NCBI GenBank assembly: GCA_963674825.1
Contig: OY771587.1
Coordinates: 3,040,001-3,104,000, forward strand
DNA from: Candidatus Cloacimonadales bacterium
GTDB lineage: Bacteria; Cloacimonadota; Cloacimonadia; Cloacimonadales; JAIOQZ01
Direction of reading: 5' to 3'
Length of the DNA: 64,000 nucleotides
Part shown: positions 29,497 through 40,300 of the stretch, piece after piece
Numbering within the stretch: position 1 is the first letter of the stretch
How the letters are laid out: the number at the start of each line of letters is the position of its first letter
Notes under the pieces: generated by a model
Seen by the model: only the letters and a program-made list of their open reading frames with translations
The model's database searches: none
What the model was told of the DNA's origin: nothing
Made by a program: the position numbers and the translations under genes

Positions 29497-30318
29497 ATGA
29501 CAATGCAGAATCCACATCAGCCTTCAAATGAAAAACTTGAAGCGACCCTGAAAAGGATAAAACATAAAATAGTTATTCTCAGCGGAAAAGGCGGCGTCGG
29601 TAAAAGCACCGTCGCGGTCAATCTCGCGTATGGCCTCGCGCTTGCAGGCCGAAGAGTCGGTCTGATCGACACCGATCTTCATGGACCATCTTTGGCTAAG
29701 ATGCTGGGAATCGAGGGACGTCGCTTCGAACTGGGCGAAGATGGTCTTCCCGGCCCCATCCGTGTTCACGACAATCTTTTCGCGGTTTCCATCGCGACCA
29801 TGCTTCCGAGCGAAGATGAACCAGTCATCTGGCGCGGTCCGCTTAAAATGGGAGCGATTCGTCAGTTCCTGGAAGAAATCTCCTGGCCCGAACTTGATTA
29901 CCTCATCGCAGACTGCCCTCCCGGAACGGGCGACGAGCCGCTTTCCATCGTGCAGCTTCTCGGTAAGGTCGATGGTACCGTGATCGTCTCGACACCGCAG
30001 GATGTCGCATTTCTTGACGCTCGTAAGACTATTAACTTCTCGCACAAACTCACGATACCTGTGCTTGGTATCATCGAGAACATGGCATCGTTTTTCTGCC
30101 CACATTGCGGCAAGCCGATCAGCATCTTCGAAGGTGAAGGAACCAAGAAAGCAGCGGACGATTTCGGTATCGATATTCTGGGCAGCATCCCGATCGATCC
30201 GGATATTGCCAAATCAAGCGATGCAGGACGCCCGTACATCTACGATTTCGGAAAGATGGATGGTGCGAAGGCTATGCAGGGAATTACAACAAAAATCATA
30301 GAAAAAGTGGAGGGCTAA
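29497..30318 (+). CDS. mrp: Mrp/NBP35 (ApbC) Fe-S cluster carrier ATPase
   Basis: SGKGGVGKSTVA, WRGP, DCPPGTGD and ENM...CPHC motifs. Confidence 0.93.
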   Translation: MTMQNPHQPSNEKLEATLKRIKHKIVILSGKGGVGKSTVAVNLAYGLALAGRRVGLIDTDLHGPSLAKMLGIEGRRFELGEDGLPGPIRVHDNLFAVSIATMLPSEDEPVIWRGPLKMGAIRQFLEEISWPELDYLIADCPPGTGDEPLSIVQLLGKVDGTVIVSTPQDVAFLDARKTINFSHKLTIPVLGIIENMASFFCPHCGKPISIFEGEGTKKAADDFGIDILGSIPIDPDIAKSSDAGRPYIYDFGKMDGAKAMQGITTKIIEKVEG

Positions 30319-30319
30319 A

Positions 30320-30655
30320 ATGTTAGTCGCAATACCAACCGATAAAGGTAAAATGAGCGGTCACTTTGGACACGCACCGGAATTCACGATCTATCAGATC
30401 CATGATAAAGATTTGCAGGACAAGAAAGTCGTTGCTGCTCCGCCGCATCAGCCCGGTCTGCTTCCCAAATGGCTCAAAGAGATCAACGTTGATGTCGTTA
30501 TCGCGGGAAACATGGGATCTAAGGCTCGCGACCTTTTCGATCAGAATGGCATCGAAGTGGTTTATGGTGTTGGCGAGACCGACCCAGACACGATCATTGT
30601 GAACTTTATCAAAGGTGATCTAAAGCGGGATGCAGAGCTGACCTGCTGCCATTGA
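30320..30655 (+). CDS. NifB/NifX-family FeMo-cofactor-binding domain protein
   Basis: HFGHAPEF, PPHQPG and GNMG motifs; C-terminal CCH. Confidence 0.9.
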   Translation: MLVAIPTDKGKMSGHFGHAPEFTIYQIHDKDLQDKKVVAAPPHQPGLLPKWLKEINVDVVIAGNMGSKARDLFDQNGIEVVYGVGETDPDTIIVNFIKGDLKRDAELTCCH

Positions 30656-30669
30656 TCCATAAGTTTTTT

Positions 30670-30704
30670 AAAGCGGCGGCTGTCTATCGATGGTCGCCGT
30701 TTTT
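30670..30704. terminator. Terminator between convergent genes
   Basis: AAAGCGGCGGC...GTCGCCGTTTTT. Confidence 0.7.
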
Positions 30705-30739
30705 CATTATCAAAATTGCCCTTACAGTGAAAAATTTCT

Positions 30740-31948
30740 CTATGAAAACACCTGGTCCATTGCCTCCACGATATTCCCATCGATATATCCGTTTTTTACC
30801 ATTTTCTTCATGAGGATCATTACCTCTTTATGAGGCGACGGATTGCGGTAGGGGCGTTGTTCAGTAAGGGCCTGGTAGATATCCAGACATCCCATGAGGC
30901 GATCCTCGAAGCTTAACCGTTCAGCGTCGAAACCATATGGATAGCCAGCCCCGTTTAGCTTCTCGTGGTGATTGGCGGCCCATTCGGTGATGTCATCGAA
31001 ACCGGAGATTTGCTCCAGTGCTTTGCGTGTGAAATAGGTGTGCGCTTTTACGATCTCGAAATCATCCATGGAGAGCGTGTGGCGGTTATCGAGGATACGG
31101 TTTGGGATCGCCAATTTTCCGAGGTCGTGCAGACTGGCTGCAATAGCAAACCGAATTTTCTTCTGCGGTGTGAAGCCATAATAATCCGCCATGGTTTTCG
31201 CTTTCTGGATAAGACCGGTCGAGTGCCGTGAGGTGAATTTGGATTTGGAGTCAATGATACGAGAGAACACGCTTGTAATGCGCAAGACTTCTTCGCAATC
31301 GAATTCGCGATCGATCGGCGGTACAAGAAGCGGTAGTTCCTTCTGTAGAAATGGTTGACGTAAATCGAACCAGAAACGGGTACGCGAGCTAACTTTCATG
31401 AAGGCATCCACGATTTCTTCCGAGAAGCGCTTACCCTTCTGGAACCACACGAAGTCGATGATTTTCTTGCGGTGCTCCAGCGGAGGAATCTCGAAATGGA
31501 ATCGGTTGTCGACGTAGTCTGCCAGGGCTACTATCTGTGCCAGAAGCGGAATTTCGTTACCGTGAAGACCAAAGAAGCCGGTTCCGTCGAAGTTCTCGTG
31601 ATGATAACGTACGATATCGCGGTTGTCGGTAAGGAACGGGTAGTCCTGAACGTTGCGTTCACCGATATTGCAATGCTCCTTGAAGCCTTCCATTCTACCC
31701 AGACGGTCGAGCTTGTCGATCTCAAGAGTTGAGTGGAGCACTTCTTCGCTGAGGCCGTTATCGTGCAGGATAGCAAAAGAGCAAAGGTCGAATTTCTCTT
31801 CGGGTGTGAGGTTGAATTCTTCGGCGATACGCAAGGAAATATAGGCTACTCTTCGTGTGTGATCGGCTGTAGCGCCCAGAATGTCCATCTCGACGAAGTC
31901 GAGCGCCATTGAGACGGCGATTAGAAAATCATTCATATTGAATTTCAT
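30740..31948 (-). CDS. Tandem HD / HD-GYP phosphohydrolase (c-di-GMP phosphodiesterase-like)
   Basis: Two HD domains: LHD..HHENFDGTG and LHDLGK..HHEKLNGAGYP..RPYR. Confidence 0.9.
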   Translation of the reverse strand: MKFNMNDFLIAVSMALDFVEMDILGATADHTRRVAYISLRIAEEFNLTPEEKFDLCSFAILHDNGLSEEVLHSTLEIDKLDRLGRMEGFKEHCNIGERNVQDYPFLTDNRDIVRYHHENFDGTGFFGLHGNEIPLLAQIVALADYVDNRFHFEIPPLEHRKKIIDFVWFQKGKRFSEEIVDAFMKVSSRTRFWFDLRQPFLQKELPLLVPPIDREFDCEEVLRITSVFSRIIDSKSKFTSRHSTGLIQKAKTMADYYGFTPQKKIRFAIAASLHDLGKLAIPNRILDNRHTLSMDDFEIVKAHTYFTRKALEQISGFDDITEWAANHHEKLNGAGYPYGFDAERLSFEDRLMGCLDIYQALTEQRPYRNPSPHKEVMILMKKMVKNGYIDGNIVEAMDQVFS

Positions 31949-31975
31949 GGCAACTCGCAAGTTTTTTAAGAATAT

Positions 31976-33736
31976 CTACTTGAAACTTAGCTCAATGTCA
32001 ATGTTTAATTTCCATTCAGGTTCTTCGAAGTCGCGGGATATCGGGTGAACGCTGATGGAAGCCTGTGACAGTTCGGATAAAAACACACTCAACTCCAGTC
32101 GCTGCTGAATCTCGGTGTAGGTTGTCCAGGTCACGATGGAGAGTGATCGGATATAAAATCGCTCCCATGATTTGATCATCTCGAGCATTACTTCATGGTT
32201 TTCGCGCTCGAGCGTGATATTGTAGTGGTCGTCTTCTTTTTCGCCGGAAGCCGAGTTGTCATACTTGTAGCTGAGAATTGCGGCGAAGGGATGCTCGACA
32301 TCGCCGTTGAGGTGGAGGTGCTTCCACATGCCCTCGGAAGTAAGCTGCATATCCAGCGATTCGTCGTAAATGAAGCTTGCGCCAGCCTCTAACCTGCGGT
32401 AGAATCGATCGGTGTGCAATTGATTCCACTCGTAGTCCTCGTAATCGGCACGGATAGCGTATGTCTGCTTCACCTGAAAGCGCTCCCCGTACGCGATCGC
32501 GATTTCTGGTTGCAGGTTGTAGCTGGTGGTGACGCGATTATTGCCCGACATCTCGCTGAAGAGGTACGCTTGCTCAGTACGCAGCACATAAAAGAGAGTA
32601 GAGGTATGAAGCCGGTCGTAGAGATAGTAGTACATGCCGATGTTCATGCGTTCCTGAAGACGGTCGTTGTCTGTTCGGATGGTCGCCTCAGGCATATCGG
32701 TTTGGCGAAGATCAATCGAACGATAGAATGTGATCGAGTCGCGTTCCGAGATGGCGTAATTTATGGTTGAAATGAACTCGCGGTAGTCGGTTTCCAGAGT
32801 GTTGATACCGGATTGGTATTCTTTCTCGTTGAGCTGGCGTTTAGCGCTCAGAGAGAAGGTAAACCGGCTGACGGGGAAGCTGAAATCAAGCCCGAGGGTT
32901 CGGCCATTCTCATCGAAATTCTTGGTTGTGATGATATCAAACCGGTTTTTCACCTGCTTGTAGTCGGTGAAAAAATGAATCTTTTCCAACGACAGGATCG
33001 AGAAAGTGTAATCCACAGCACCAAAGAGCTGATCGCGATTCTGCGTGTCGGATTGCGAGGTGGGTTTATTGATCTCGTCGGTGAGGCCATCCCAGACGAT
33101 TCGCGTCGCAATTCTCTGGTCAGGCAATGTCACGTCCCATGCTGATTGGAGCGAATAGTTCCGGTCGTTGTCGTTCTTGACCTGGTTGACCCGATAGCGG
33201 GTGTCCAGTTGCAAGTGATGCCAGTTAAAATCTTGAGTGAAAGATAGCTGCGAATCGCTTTCATAGCCCTTATTGGTCTGCTTCATTTCATCGTCGAACT
33301 GGTTGTAATCTTCTTTCTGCTGGATGTATCGTAACGAGCTGGAAAGGTTTATGTTGTCCGATGGGGTAATGCCTAACATGAAGCCGGCTGCGTGTTGTCT
33401 TTCTTGCAGGTTATAGTCGCCGGAAGAGAGCTCGCCTTGCTCGGTAGATGATCGACTGTCGAAAAGGATGGCCGGACGCAGGATTCCCTGCTGACGGGCG
33501 ATGCCCCAGGAAAAATCGGCGATGTAGTTTTCACGATCGAAGGCGTTGTCTCGCTCGTTAAGGTATTCGCCGGAGTAGAAGAGTTGCCACTGAGAGAGGA
33601 AGTTGTGGCGGTAGCTAGCAGCGTTCTCCATCTGCATCGCGTTCCGGTAGCTTTCGAAGCTGGTTCCAACTTCGATCTCGGAAGCCGTGAGGCTACCGAT
33701 CAGCAGCGATAATACGATACATATGCAGAAAATCAT
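31976..33736 (-). CDS. Probable outer-membrane beta-barrel protein
   Basis: Signal peptide, alternating amphipathic strands, aromatic near the C-terminus (LSFK); start codon uncertain. Confidence 0.55.
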   Translation of the reverse strand: MIFCICIVLSLLIGSLTASEIEVGTSFESYRNAMQMENAASYRHNFLSQWQLFYSGEYLNERDNAFDRENYIADFSWGIARQQGILRPAILFDSRSSTEQGELSSGDYNLQERQHAAGFMLGITPSDNINLSSSLRYIQQKEDYNQFDDEMKQTNKGYESDSQLSFTQDFNWHHLQLDTRYRVNQVKNDNDRNYSLQSAWDVTLPDQRIATRIVWDGLTDEINKPTSQSDTQNRDQLFGAVDYTFSILSLEKIHFFTDYKQVKNRFDIITTKNFDENGRTLGLDFSFPVSRFTFSLSAKRQLNEKEYQSGINTLETDYREFISTINYAISERDSITFYRSIDLRQTDMPEATIRTDNDRLQERMNIGMYYYLYDRLHTSTLFYVLRTEQAYLFSEMSGNNRVTTSYNLQPEIAIAYGERFQVKQTYAIRADYEDYEWNQLHTDRFYRRLEAGASFIYDESLDMQLTSEGMWKHLHLNGDVEHPFAAILSYKYDNSASGEKEDDHYNITLERENHEVMLEMIKSWERFYIRSLSIVTWTTYTEIQQRLELSVFLSELSQASISVHPISRDFEEPEWKLNIDIELSFK

Positions 33737-34469
33737 CTTCTGCAAGGGTTTCTCCTCTTCGGGTAAGGTCAAATGCCTCTTCCAGCTTTGCCATCGTATC
33801 GGACGTGACCAGCTGCTTGAGGTTGTTGCGCAGGGTCTTGCGGCGGTTATGGAAAGCCGCTTCGATGATGCGATACATGAGCTTCATGTCTTCGATCTCA
33901 GGTGGGTCGATACGAGGAATCAGCCGGATGACGGTGGAACGAACCTTTGGCTGGGGGTAGAACAGATGCGGTTCCACGTTGAAGAGCCGCTCGGTGTTGA
34001 ACGCGAGGTTCAGCTTTACCGTGAGGATACCGTAATCCTTGGTGCTTGGTTTTGCGACGATACGGTCGGCGACTTCCTTCTGGATCATGAGCACCGCACA
34101 CAGGATTTTGTCACGGTAGTCCGCCAAACGAAACAGGAATGGCGACGTGATCTGATAGGGGAGGTTCGCGATTACTTTCGTGCCGGGTTGCAGATGCTCT
34201 TCCCAGTCGATTCGCAGGATATCACCCGGTACGATGCGGAAGTTCGGGTAATCCGCGAACTTGCTTTCGAGGTCGTCGAGCAGATCGGGATCGATCTCGA
34301 ACGAGGTTAGATTTTCGCAGGATTGCAGGATGGCTTCTGTAAGGATTCCCTTTCCGGGCCCGATCTCCCAGACGCAGTCGTCCGGATGCAGATCCGCCTG
34401 TCTTGCAATCTTGCGTGTTATGTTGGAATCGATCAGAAAATTCTGGCCCCATTTTTTCTTCGGTATCAT
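33693..34469 (-). CDS. rsmA: 16S rRNA m6(2)A1518/1519 dimethyltransferase
   Basis: KKWGQNFL, EIGPGKG, ANLPYQIT, QKEVA and RRKTLRN motifs. Confidence 0.96.
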   Translation of the reverse strand: MIPKKKWGQNFLIDSNITRKIARQADLHPDDCVWEIGPGKGILTEAILQSCENLTSFEIDPDLLDDLESKFADYPNFRIVPGDILRIDWEEHLQPGTKVIANLPYQITSPFLFRLADYRDKILCAVLMIQKEVADRIVAKPSTKDYGILTVKLNLAFNTERLFNVEPHLFYPQPKVRSTVIRLIPRIDPPEIEDMKLMYRIIEAAFHNRRKTLRNNLKQLVTSDTMAKLEEAFDLTRRGETLAEDDFLHMYRIIAADR

Positions 34470-34573
34470 GCACATTTCTCCGAAGAAAATAGGCGTTAAC
34501 ACCGTTTTGATGTCAATTGGTTTCTTGAGATTGTCGATATCCAATTCTCTGCATGAACTCAATGTTTCTGCGA

Positions 34574-35143
34574 TCAATCGTAATACGGCTCTTCCTTCAG
34601 CAGGTGGCTGACCATTATCTTGAGGAACAGCATCGGCGCAAACCACTCTACTCCCGGAGCGGCACCAAGCGCATAGAGCGAGATTACGAATCCAACCGCT
34701 ACCAGGAATAGCGCAACAGGCCGCTGCAGGTAGTGCTTCGTCTGAAGAATAATCAGCGATCCGCCCACCAGATAGCCGTATGTAATCAGGATATAGGCGA
34801 TGTCGAAATCCATGAAGGCCCAGGAGATGATCACGATTTGAAGCAGGTGAATCAGTACGAACCCGAAGTGAGTCTTGAACCCGACACCTTCTCGGTGATA
34901 CCAGCGCTTGGCGCTCGAAGTGGCATTGGTCAGGATGCCACCGGACATGTCCATCGCGATCAGGAAGCCAATCAAGTATTGCCACCAGGTCCAGCCAAAC
35001 TTTGCGCAGAATGAGTAAGCGACGATGCCGATCCCGAAGAGACCGGCCAGAGTGAATTGCAAAATAATTTCGGCTTTTGTTGCGCCTGGTCCGATGAATT
35101 TATCGAGTCCTTTGCGTGGTTCCGGGTAATTCCAGTCAATCAT
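34574..35143 (-). CDS. Hypothetical multi-pass membrane protein
   Basis: About 6 hydrophobic segments; GGILTNATSSAKRWYHR; GGAGG RBS. Confidence 0.75.
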   Translation of the reverse strand: MIDWNYPEPRKGLDKFIGPGATKAEIILQFTLAGLFGIGIVAYSFCAKFGWTWWQYLIGFLIAMDMSGGILTNATSSAKRWYHREGVGFKTHFGFVLIHLLQIVIISWAFMDFDIAYILITYGYLVGGSLIILQTKHYLQRPVALFLVAVGFVISLYALGAAPGVEWFAPMLFLKIMVSHLLKEEPYYD

Positions 35144-35182
35144 GGTGTAACCTCCCGTGAAATATTATCGATGCGTAACGAT

Positions 35183-35210
35183 AGAATAATATCGATTTTA
35201 ATTTTGTCAA
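35183..35210 (-). promoter_or_regulatory. Putative sigma70 promoter
   Basis: TTGACA-N16-TATTCT. Confidence 0.55.
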
Positions 35211-35353
35211 ACACGTTCGCGTTTAACTTTCATTCGAAGTAGTCATTACGCGTTTTATGAATGAACGAGAAAGAATATTCATGAGTGAAAAGTGCTTGAC
35301 AATGATCACTTCTGATTGTTCATCTGAAAGATATTTAAATTGGGAGAGGATCT

Positions 35354-35974
35354 ATGAGAATTCGTTATCTATTGGTTATTGTTGCTGTGGTTGTGTTGTT
35401 GTCTGGTTGTGCCTCGGGCTATAAGCGAATATACTTTGAAGCGCTTCAATATGAGAACAGAAGTGAAGCTCACGATTTTCCGATTGAAATGGTATCCAAC
35501 ATTTTGGGCTCTCGTGAGAATGCGAAGTATAAAAAGCGTGCAGGTGAGCTCGGATACGAGTTTTTCGCGCTGAAAATTCATAATAATACGCTCAATGATA
35601 TTATCCTGACTGAAGATAACTTTTTTGCTTATGCCGATAGTACAAGAGTGAAAATATTGGATATGAGTACGAATATCCGCTATATGAAACAGATCAGTGG
35701 AGCATACTGGGCCTGGGGGCTTTTTATGCCGATTCTGACCATTACAGAAGAAGGTAGCGATGGTGACGTGGATTAGACGATAATTCCATTACCAATCGGT
35801 CTGATCATTGGTGCCATCAACAACTCCAAAGCGAGTAAGGCGAATAAGGAGCTCACGGCGGATATCGTTGGTTATCAGCTTCTTGGGATGGAAATCTACT
35901 CCGGCCAAACAGTGTACGGTGTGGTTTGTGTAGAGTCCTATACCGAGGATGTCCAATTTGAAATCAAGCCGTGA
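35354..35974 (+). pseudogene. Lipoprotein gene interrupted by an in-frame TAG at 35774-35776 (nonsense allele, readthrough or base-call error)
   Basis: Lipobox LLSGC; the frame continues 65 codons after the TAG (TIIPLPIGLIIGAINNSKASKANKEL...GQTVYGVV...FEIKP) to TGA 35974. Confidence 0.65.
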
Positions 35975-36737
35975 TCGATATTCTATCGCCAATTCTCACA
36001 ACAAACACCAATGGTTTCAGCGGGACGCGGTCGGATAGCAGGATATGCTGGATGCAGATTGTGGCGAGCTCGATGTCGCCTGCTGAGGTCGCAAAGGTAA
36101 ACCATTCGCTACGCGGGAGTTCCAGCGATACCAAGCCGTCAATCTTGATCGGTTGGGCAAACCCTGTGAACGAATACCATCTTTCAGGCGCGTCTGGCGG
36201 ATACCAACGAACGTAAGAAACCGGCTCGTCGCTTCCGGTGAGAGATCTCAGGAAAGGCTCCTGGTTGCCACCGGAATCCTTGTATGTCATGATACCATGC
36301 AGTTTTTCGGGAAGCAGCTCTGTTGCAACAATGGATATACCGTTGTGCAGCAGGTCGAGTAATCGGAGGTCAAACCGCGGCATGACGAGAGACGCGGGAT
36401 GCGATTTTTCGTTTCTCCATTGACTGGGAAGCACGCCATAATAACGCTTGAAGGCTCGAGAATATACTTCCGGTGAATTGAAACAGCAATCAAGTCCAAC
36501 GCGGCTGATATTGAAGTCGGTTTCCTGTAAGGCAATGGCAGATTGTGCCAGGCGTCTGCGTAGCATGTACTGATAGGGTGTAAGCCTTGTCACGGCAGCA
36601 AACACCCGGCAGAAATGGAAGAGTGAGTAGCAGGCGGCCTCGGCCATTTGCTGGACGGTAAAATCCTCGTGCAGGTTTACCTCGAACGCGTCGATTGCGC
36701 GGCAAACAGCTTCGATCTGGAAGGAATCAGGCTTCAT
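35964..36737 (-). CDS. AraC-family transcriptional regulator
   Basis: YSLFHFCRVF, RRRL and FNSPEVYSRAFKRYYG..PS double HTH. Confidence 0.9.
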   Translation of the reverse strand: MKPDSFQIEAVCRAIDAFEVNLHEDFTVQQMAEAACYSLFHFCRVFAAVTRLTPYQYMLRRRLAQSAIALQETDFNISRVGLDCCFNSPEVYSRAFKRYYGVLPSQWRNEKSHPASLVMPRFDLRLLDLLHNGISIVATELLPEKLHGIMTYKDSGGNQEPFLRSLTGSDEPVSYVRWYPPDAPERWYSFTGFAQPIKIDGLVSLELPRSEWFTFATSAGDIELATICIQHILLSDRVPLKPLVFVVRIGDRISITA

Positions 36738-37239
36738 CGCGCAACACGGGTATCAAGATATCCAGCTCGCTCTCTTCGATACGATCCATGCCTTTGAAGC
36801 GGTCGTCGTAGCGCTGGATGAGCATGGGGAAACGTTTCTTCAGTCCGGCTTCCGGTAACCACCGGCTCATCATGGGCTGCCACCAGTCACCGAAAATTTC
36901 CTTACCCTTCAGAGTGAACAGAGCGCACTCACCGTCAGGTAGCACTTTGTAAAGCGGACCAGTGATGAGGCCGTCTATGGTGTTTGATTCTGCGCCTACG
37001 AAAACATCGAAGTACCCTTTCTCGGTTGTCTCAGGTGTCTCGGTGTGTACTTCATACCAGTATTTTTCGCTCAGAACGGGACTGCCTTTACCCTCGATCT
37101 CCCAGAACTTCATGAAACGTTGCCATAGCCTTCCGATCTCGTTTTCTTCGGTCCAGCCGGCGCTCTGCGTGAATGGATCGCCATAAAAACTGTAGCCCAA
37201 TAGAATAATGCGTTCGAGCTTCAGGATTGTCGGTTGCAT
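36727..37239 (-). CDS. GyrI-like small-molecule binding protein
   Basis: I..LW.RF, WLPEAG and RYDDRF...ILIPV motifs; AGGAGG RBS. Confidence 0.85.
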   Translation of the reverse strand: MQPTILKLERIILLGYSFYGDPFTQSAGWTEENEIGRLWQRFMKFWEIEGKGSPVLSEKYWYEVHTETPETTEKGYFDVFVGAESNTIDGLITGPLYKVLPDGECALFTLKGKEIFGDWWQPMMSRWLPEAGLKKRFPMLIQRYDDRFKGMDRIEESELDILIPVLRDEA

Positions 37240-37267
37240 GGTTCCTCCTTTGGATGCAAGTGGATAG

Positions 37268-37295
37268 ATCATAAGAAATGCGTGCTTGTTGTCAA
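37268..37295 (-). promoter_or_regulatory. Putative sigma70 promoter
   Basis: TTGACA-N16-TATGAT. Confidence 0.65.
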
Positions 37296-37330
37296 CAAAA
37301 AGGGGACAGCATAAGCCGTCCCCTGAAAAG
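37296..37330 (-). terminator. Intrinsic terminator after the C25 peptidase gene
   Basis: Minus strand AGGGGACGGC...GCTGTCCCCTTTTT. Confidence 0.75.
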
Positions 37331-37343
37331 ACGCAATTTGCGA

Positions 37344-40300
37344 TTATTTTAGCAACAATGCTTTGCGGATGGATTTATCGGTATCAGTTTCGATTCGGAT
37401 GAAATAGACACCGCTGGAAACTGCTTCACCTCGTTGGTTGCGACCATTCCACTGCTCGGTATAGCGTCCGGCTTTTCGAGGACCATCAACCAGCGTTGCG
37501 ACCCGCTCACCACGCACGTTGTAAATCGCCAGCAGACACTTCGATGACGCCTGCGGCAGGTCGAATCGGATGCTGGTGGTCGGATTGAATGGGTTGGGAT
37601 GATTCTGGTGTAGCGCGAAGCATTCCGGTGCGTCCGGGACATCATTGTCATTCGCTACATAATCAAGCTCGATGTGGTTCGATTCCTCGCTCCAATAACC
37701 GCCCAGATGACGAGCCTTGACGTAGATCTCGAAGTGCCCTGGTGCCAGCAGATCGAGCGGATATGAAAGCTCGTCTGTTTCATGATGCAGTACGAAGTTG
37801 TTATTGTACACCATGATAACATCGAAATAATCCAGCGTGCGGCTGTCGCCGCTCTTGCGACCTTTGGATTCAGATCGAGTTCGGGTTCCATTGTAGTCCC
37901 ATGTGAGGTTGATGACATCGCCATCCTGCTCACCCTCGAGATTGGTCGGTGCCGTAAGATGTTGCAGTTCGATGTTTACTTGGGTAGTTTGACTATGGGT
38001 CACAACAACGTTTGATGTATAGAACGGAATATAGCCATTGAGCGTAGCGCTGATGGTGTAGGTACCTTCGGGTAAGTAATGGCAGAAAGTTCCATCTTCG
38101 TTGACGGAGTATTCATTGCTGCCGACAAGCATGGTAACCTCATCGGGCGTTGCATTGCCGCCATCAAGCGTGACCATTCCCTGCAGAACGCCCGGGTTAT
38201 GCTTGATCGTACGGATCTCAACGTCGTCGAAATAGAATTGCTGCGTATGTCCCCCGGGTGTATTGAAGATGTAGAATATAAGAATCACATCGTCGTCGAA
38301 AGCAATATCGGGTGTATATTCGATATAGAGCTCACCTGGTTCATTCATAATTGCGTGATCGGTCCAGATGAATGCACTAGAAAACGGTGCGCTGTTCTGC
38401 TCGATGAGGATTCCGTATTCGACATTATAGCCGAGGTTGATGTATTTCGCCTTGATAATCAGCTTTTGTAGATCCATGGGTGAGAATTCCCGAGTAATCG
38501 CTGTTCGTGCGTCATAACTTATCGAGGTCAGGACATATTCACCAGTCTCGCCGCCGGCAAAGTTTGTTTCGGAATATGCTCCCTGCATTTGCATCCATAC
38601 AAATGGGTCGTAATCGCCATCGAATGAATCGGAAAACAATAGCTCCGGATGGCCGAACACATAGCTGACCGGCTGGTCGATGTCGAAAGCGTCATTGTAT
38701 TCAAGGTGCAGATTGAAGTCCACCCTCTCACCGTTGTAGGTCGTGTCGGCAAAGGATACATTGAAGGCTACTTCGACTTCTTCATCAGTAATTTCGCTAA
38801 AGCTGTAACTGGAAGGACTGATCGTGAAGGCTGCATTTTCCGTTTCGAACGAGACGGTGACATCTTCAGCGTTCAAATATGAATTTCGGGCCATAGTGAA
38901 GGTAAAGGTTCCAACTTCACCAGCTTCAATCTGGTTGTCATTGTTGTCCGTGATACTGAAATCAACGATCTCCAGCTCGGGACTGTAAACTACGAACGGA
39001 ATGAGCAGTTGCTTCGTCATACCTGAGTAATACAACATCAGCGTGAGATTCACGGTATGGTCGTTCGGGCAGTTATCTGCGATATCCAGAATAAACGACT
39101 GGTTACTGCTGGCCGATTCGCCGTTCTCGATGTCGGGGAATGTAATCGTACCCTGTTGGATATCCGCATTAGGATCGGTTGTTGTTATGATAGCATAGAC
39201 ATCGGTTGCCGTTGCAAGCCCGAGATTTGACATCGCCAGTGCTATCTGAACGGTCTCTCCGAAATCGATCAATCCGTTCGTGTTGCCGCCCAGATCGGTC
39301 ATATCGATGTCTGAAACATACGGATGCGCATAGGGCACCGGAACATTCGGACCGGTGAACAGGATCGCCATTTCATCTTCGAGTTCTTTGGCTGTGATTG
39401 AGTAGCTATTCGAATATGTATATTCGATTCCGTTGTGGGTTGTGTGGTCTGCGATACCGACCGTTGCGTATTCTCCGTGATCGATTTCCGCGTTGTAGTA
39501 GTTTCCCATATCAACGTTGTTGATTTCCATGTACTGGAACTTGATCTTGCTGTCGCCAAGCAGAGTGCTATTATAGGCGGGATCGTAAAGGATTGCCTGG
39601 AAGGTCTCGGGTGAACCATCGTAGCGATTCTCGAGCCGTGACCACTGGACGATGAACGCGTGGTTCTGCTGATCATACCAGTAATAGACATTTCCGTCCG
39701 TTGTGAGGAGGTCGTCCCAGAACGGTGCTATGAGCGGACACGGTACAAACGGTCCGGGAATTGGCCAGTTCATCCATTCGAAGGTGTAGTATGGGCCCAA
39801 AACAATATAGCCGTTCGACGAAATACTGAGCTGATTATAGTTGATCTCGTAGAAGCGGAAATTGAAGGGCAGATCGATGGTAATCATGTTGCCGGAACCG
39901 TTTTCGCTGTGGTCGTTCATTTCAAGCGAAGTACCGTTGCCGCCGTAGTTTGGGTCGATCTCGATCCAGTCGTAAACCGGGCAATCGTCATATTGCGTGT
40001 CGCCATCGTCATAGCAATAGTATCCGTAGTTATCCGGTCCGGTTGGATCGGTTACGGACGGATTGCCAATATGAAGGTCGAATTCAAGTGCTTGTGTGAT
40101 ACCGTCGGAATTGGTTGCGATCGCTGTGAAGGGGATGATTGTGCCTGTGATGGCATCCTCTCCGATCGTGACGGAGTAGGGTGACGATGCGTTGTCGGTT
40201 GCTTCATTTGGTTCAATATCACCGAATGTGCCATTATCGTCGCTGATCGTAACCAGCTGAGATACAGATGCGATCTGGCAGGTAACGGCTTCAAAGGCCT

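Noticed and set aside
30320..30655. Nitrogen fixation inferred from the NifB/NifX domain
   Set aside because: No nifHDK; mrp plus NifX-like pairs are common in non-diazotrophic anaerobes
33693..34985. 430-aa ORF that looks like an N-terminally extended RsmA
   Set aside because: The extension is an alternative frame over the membrane-protein gene 34574-35143; RsmA homology starts at ATG 34469
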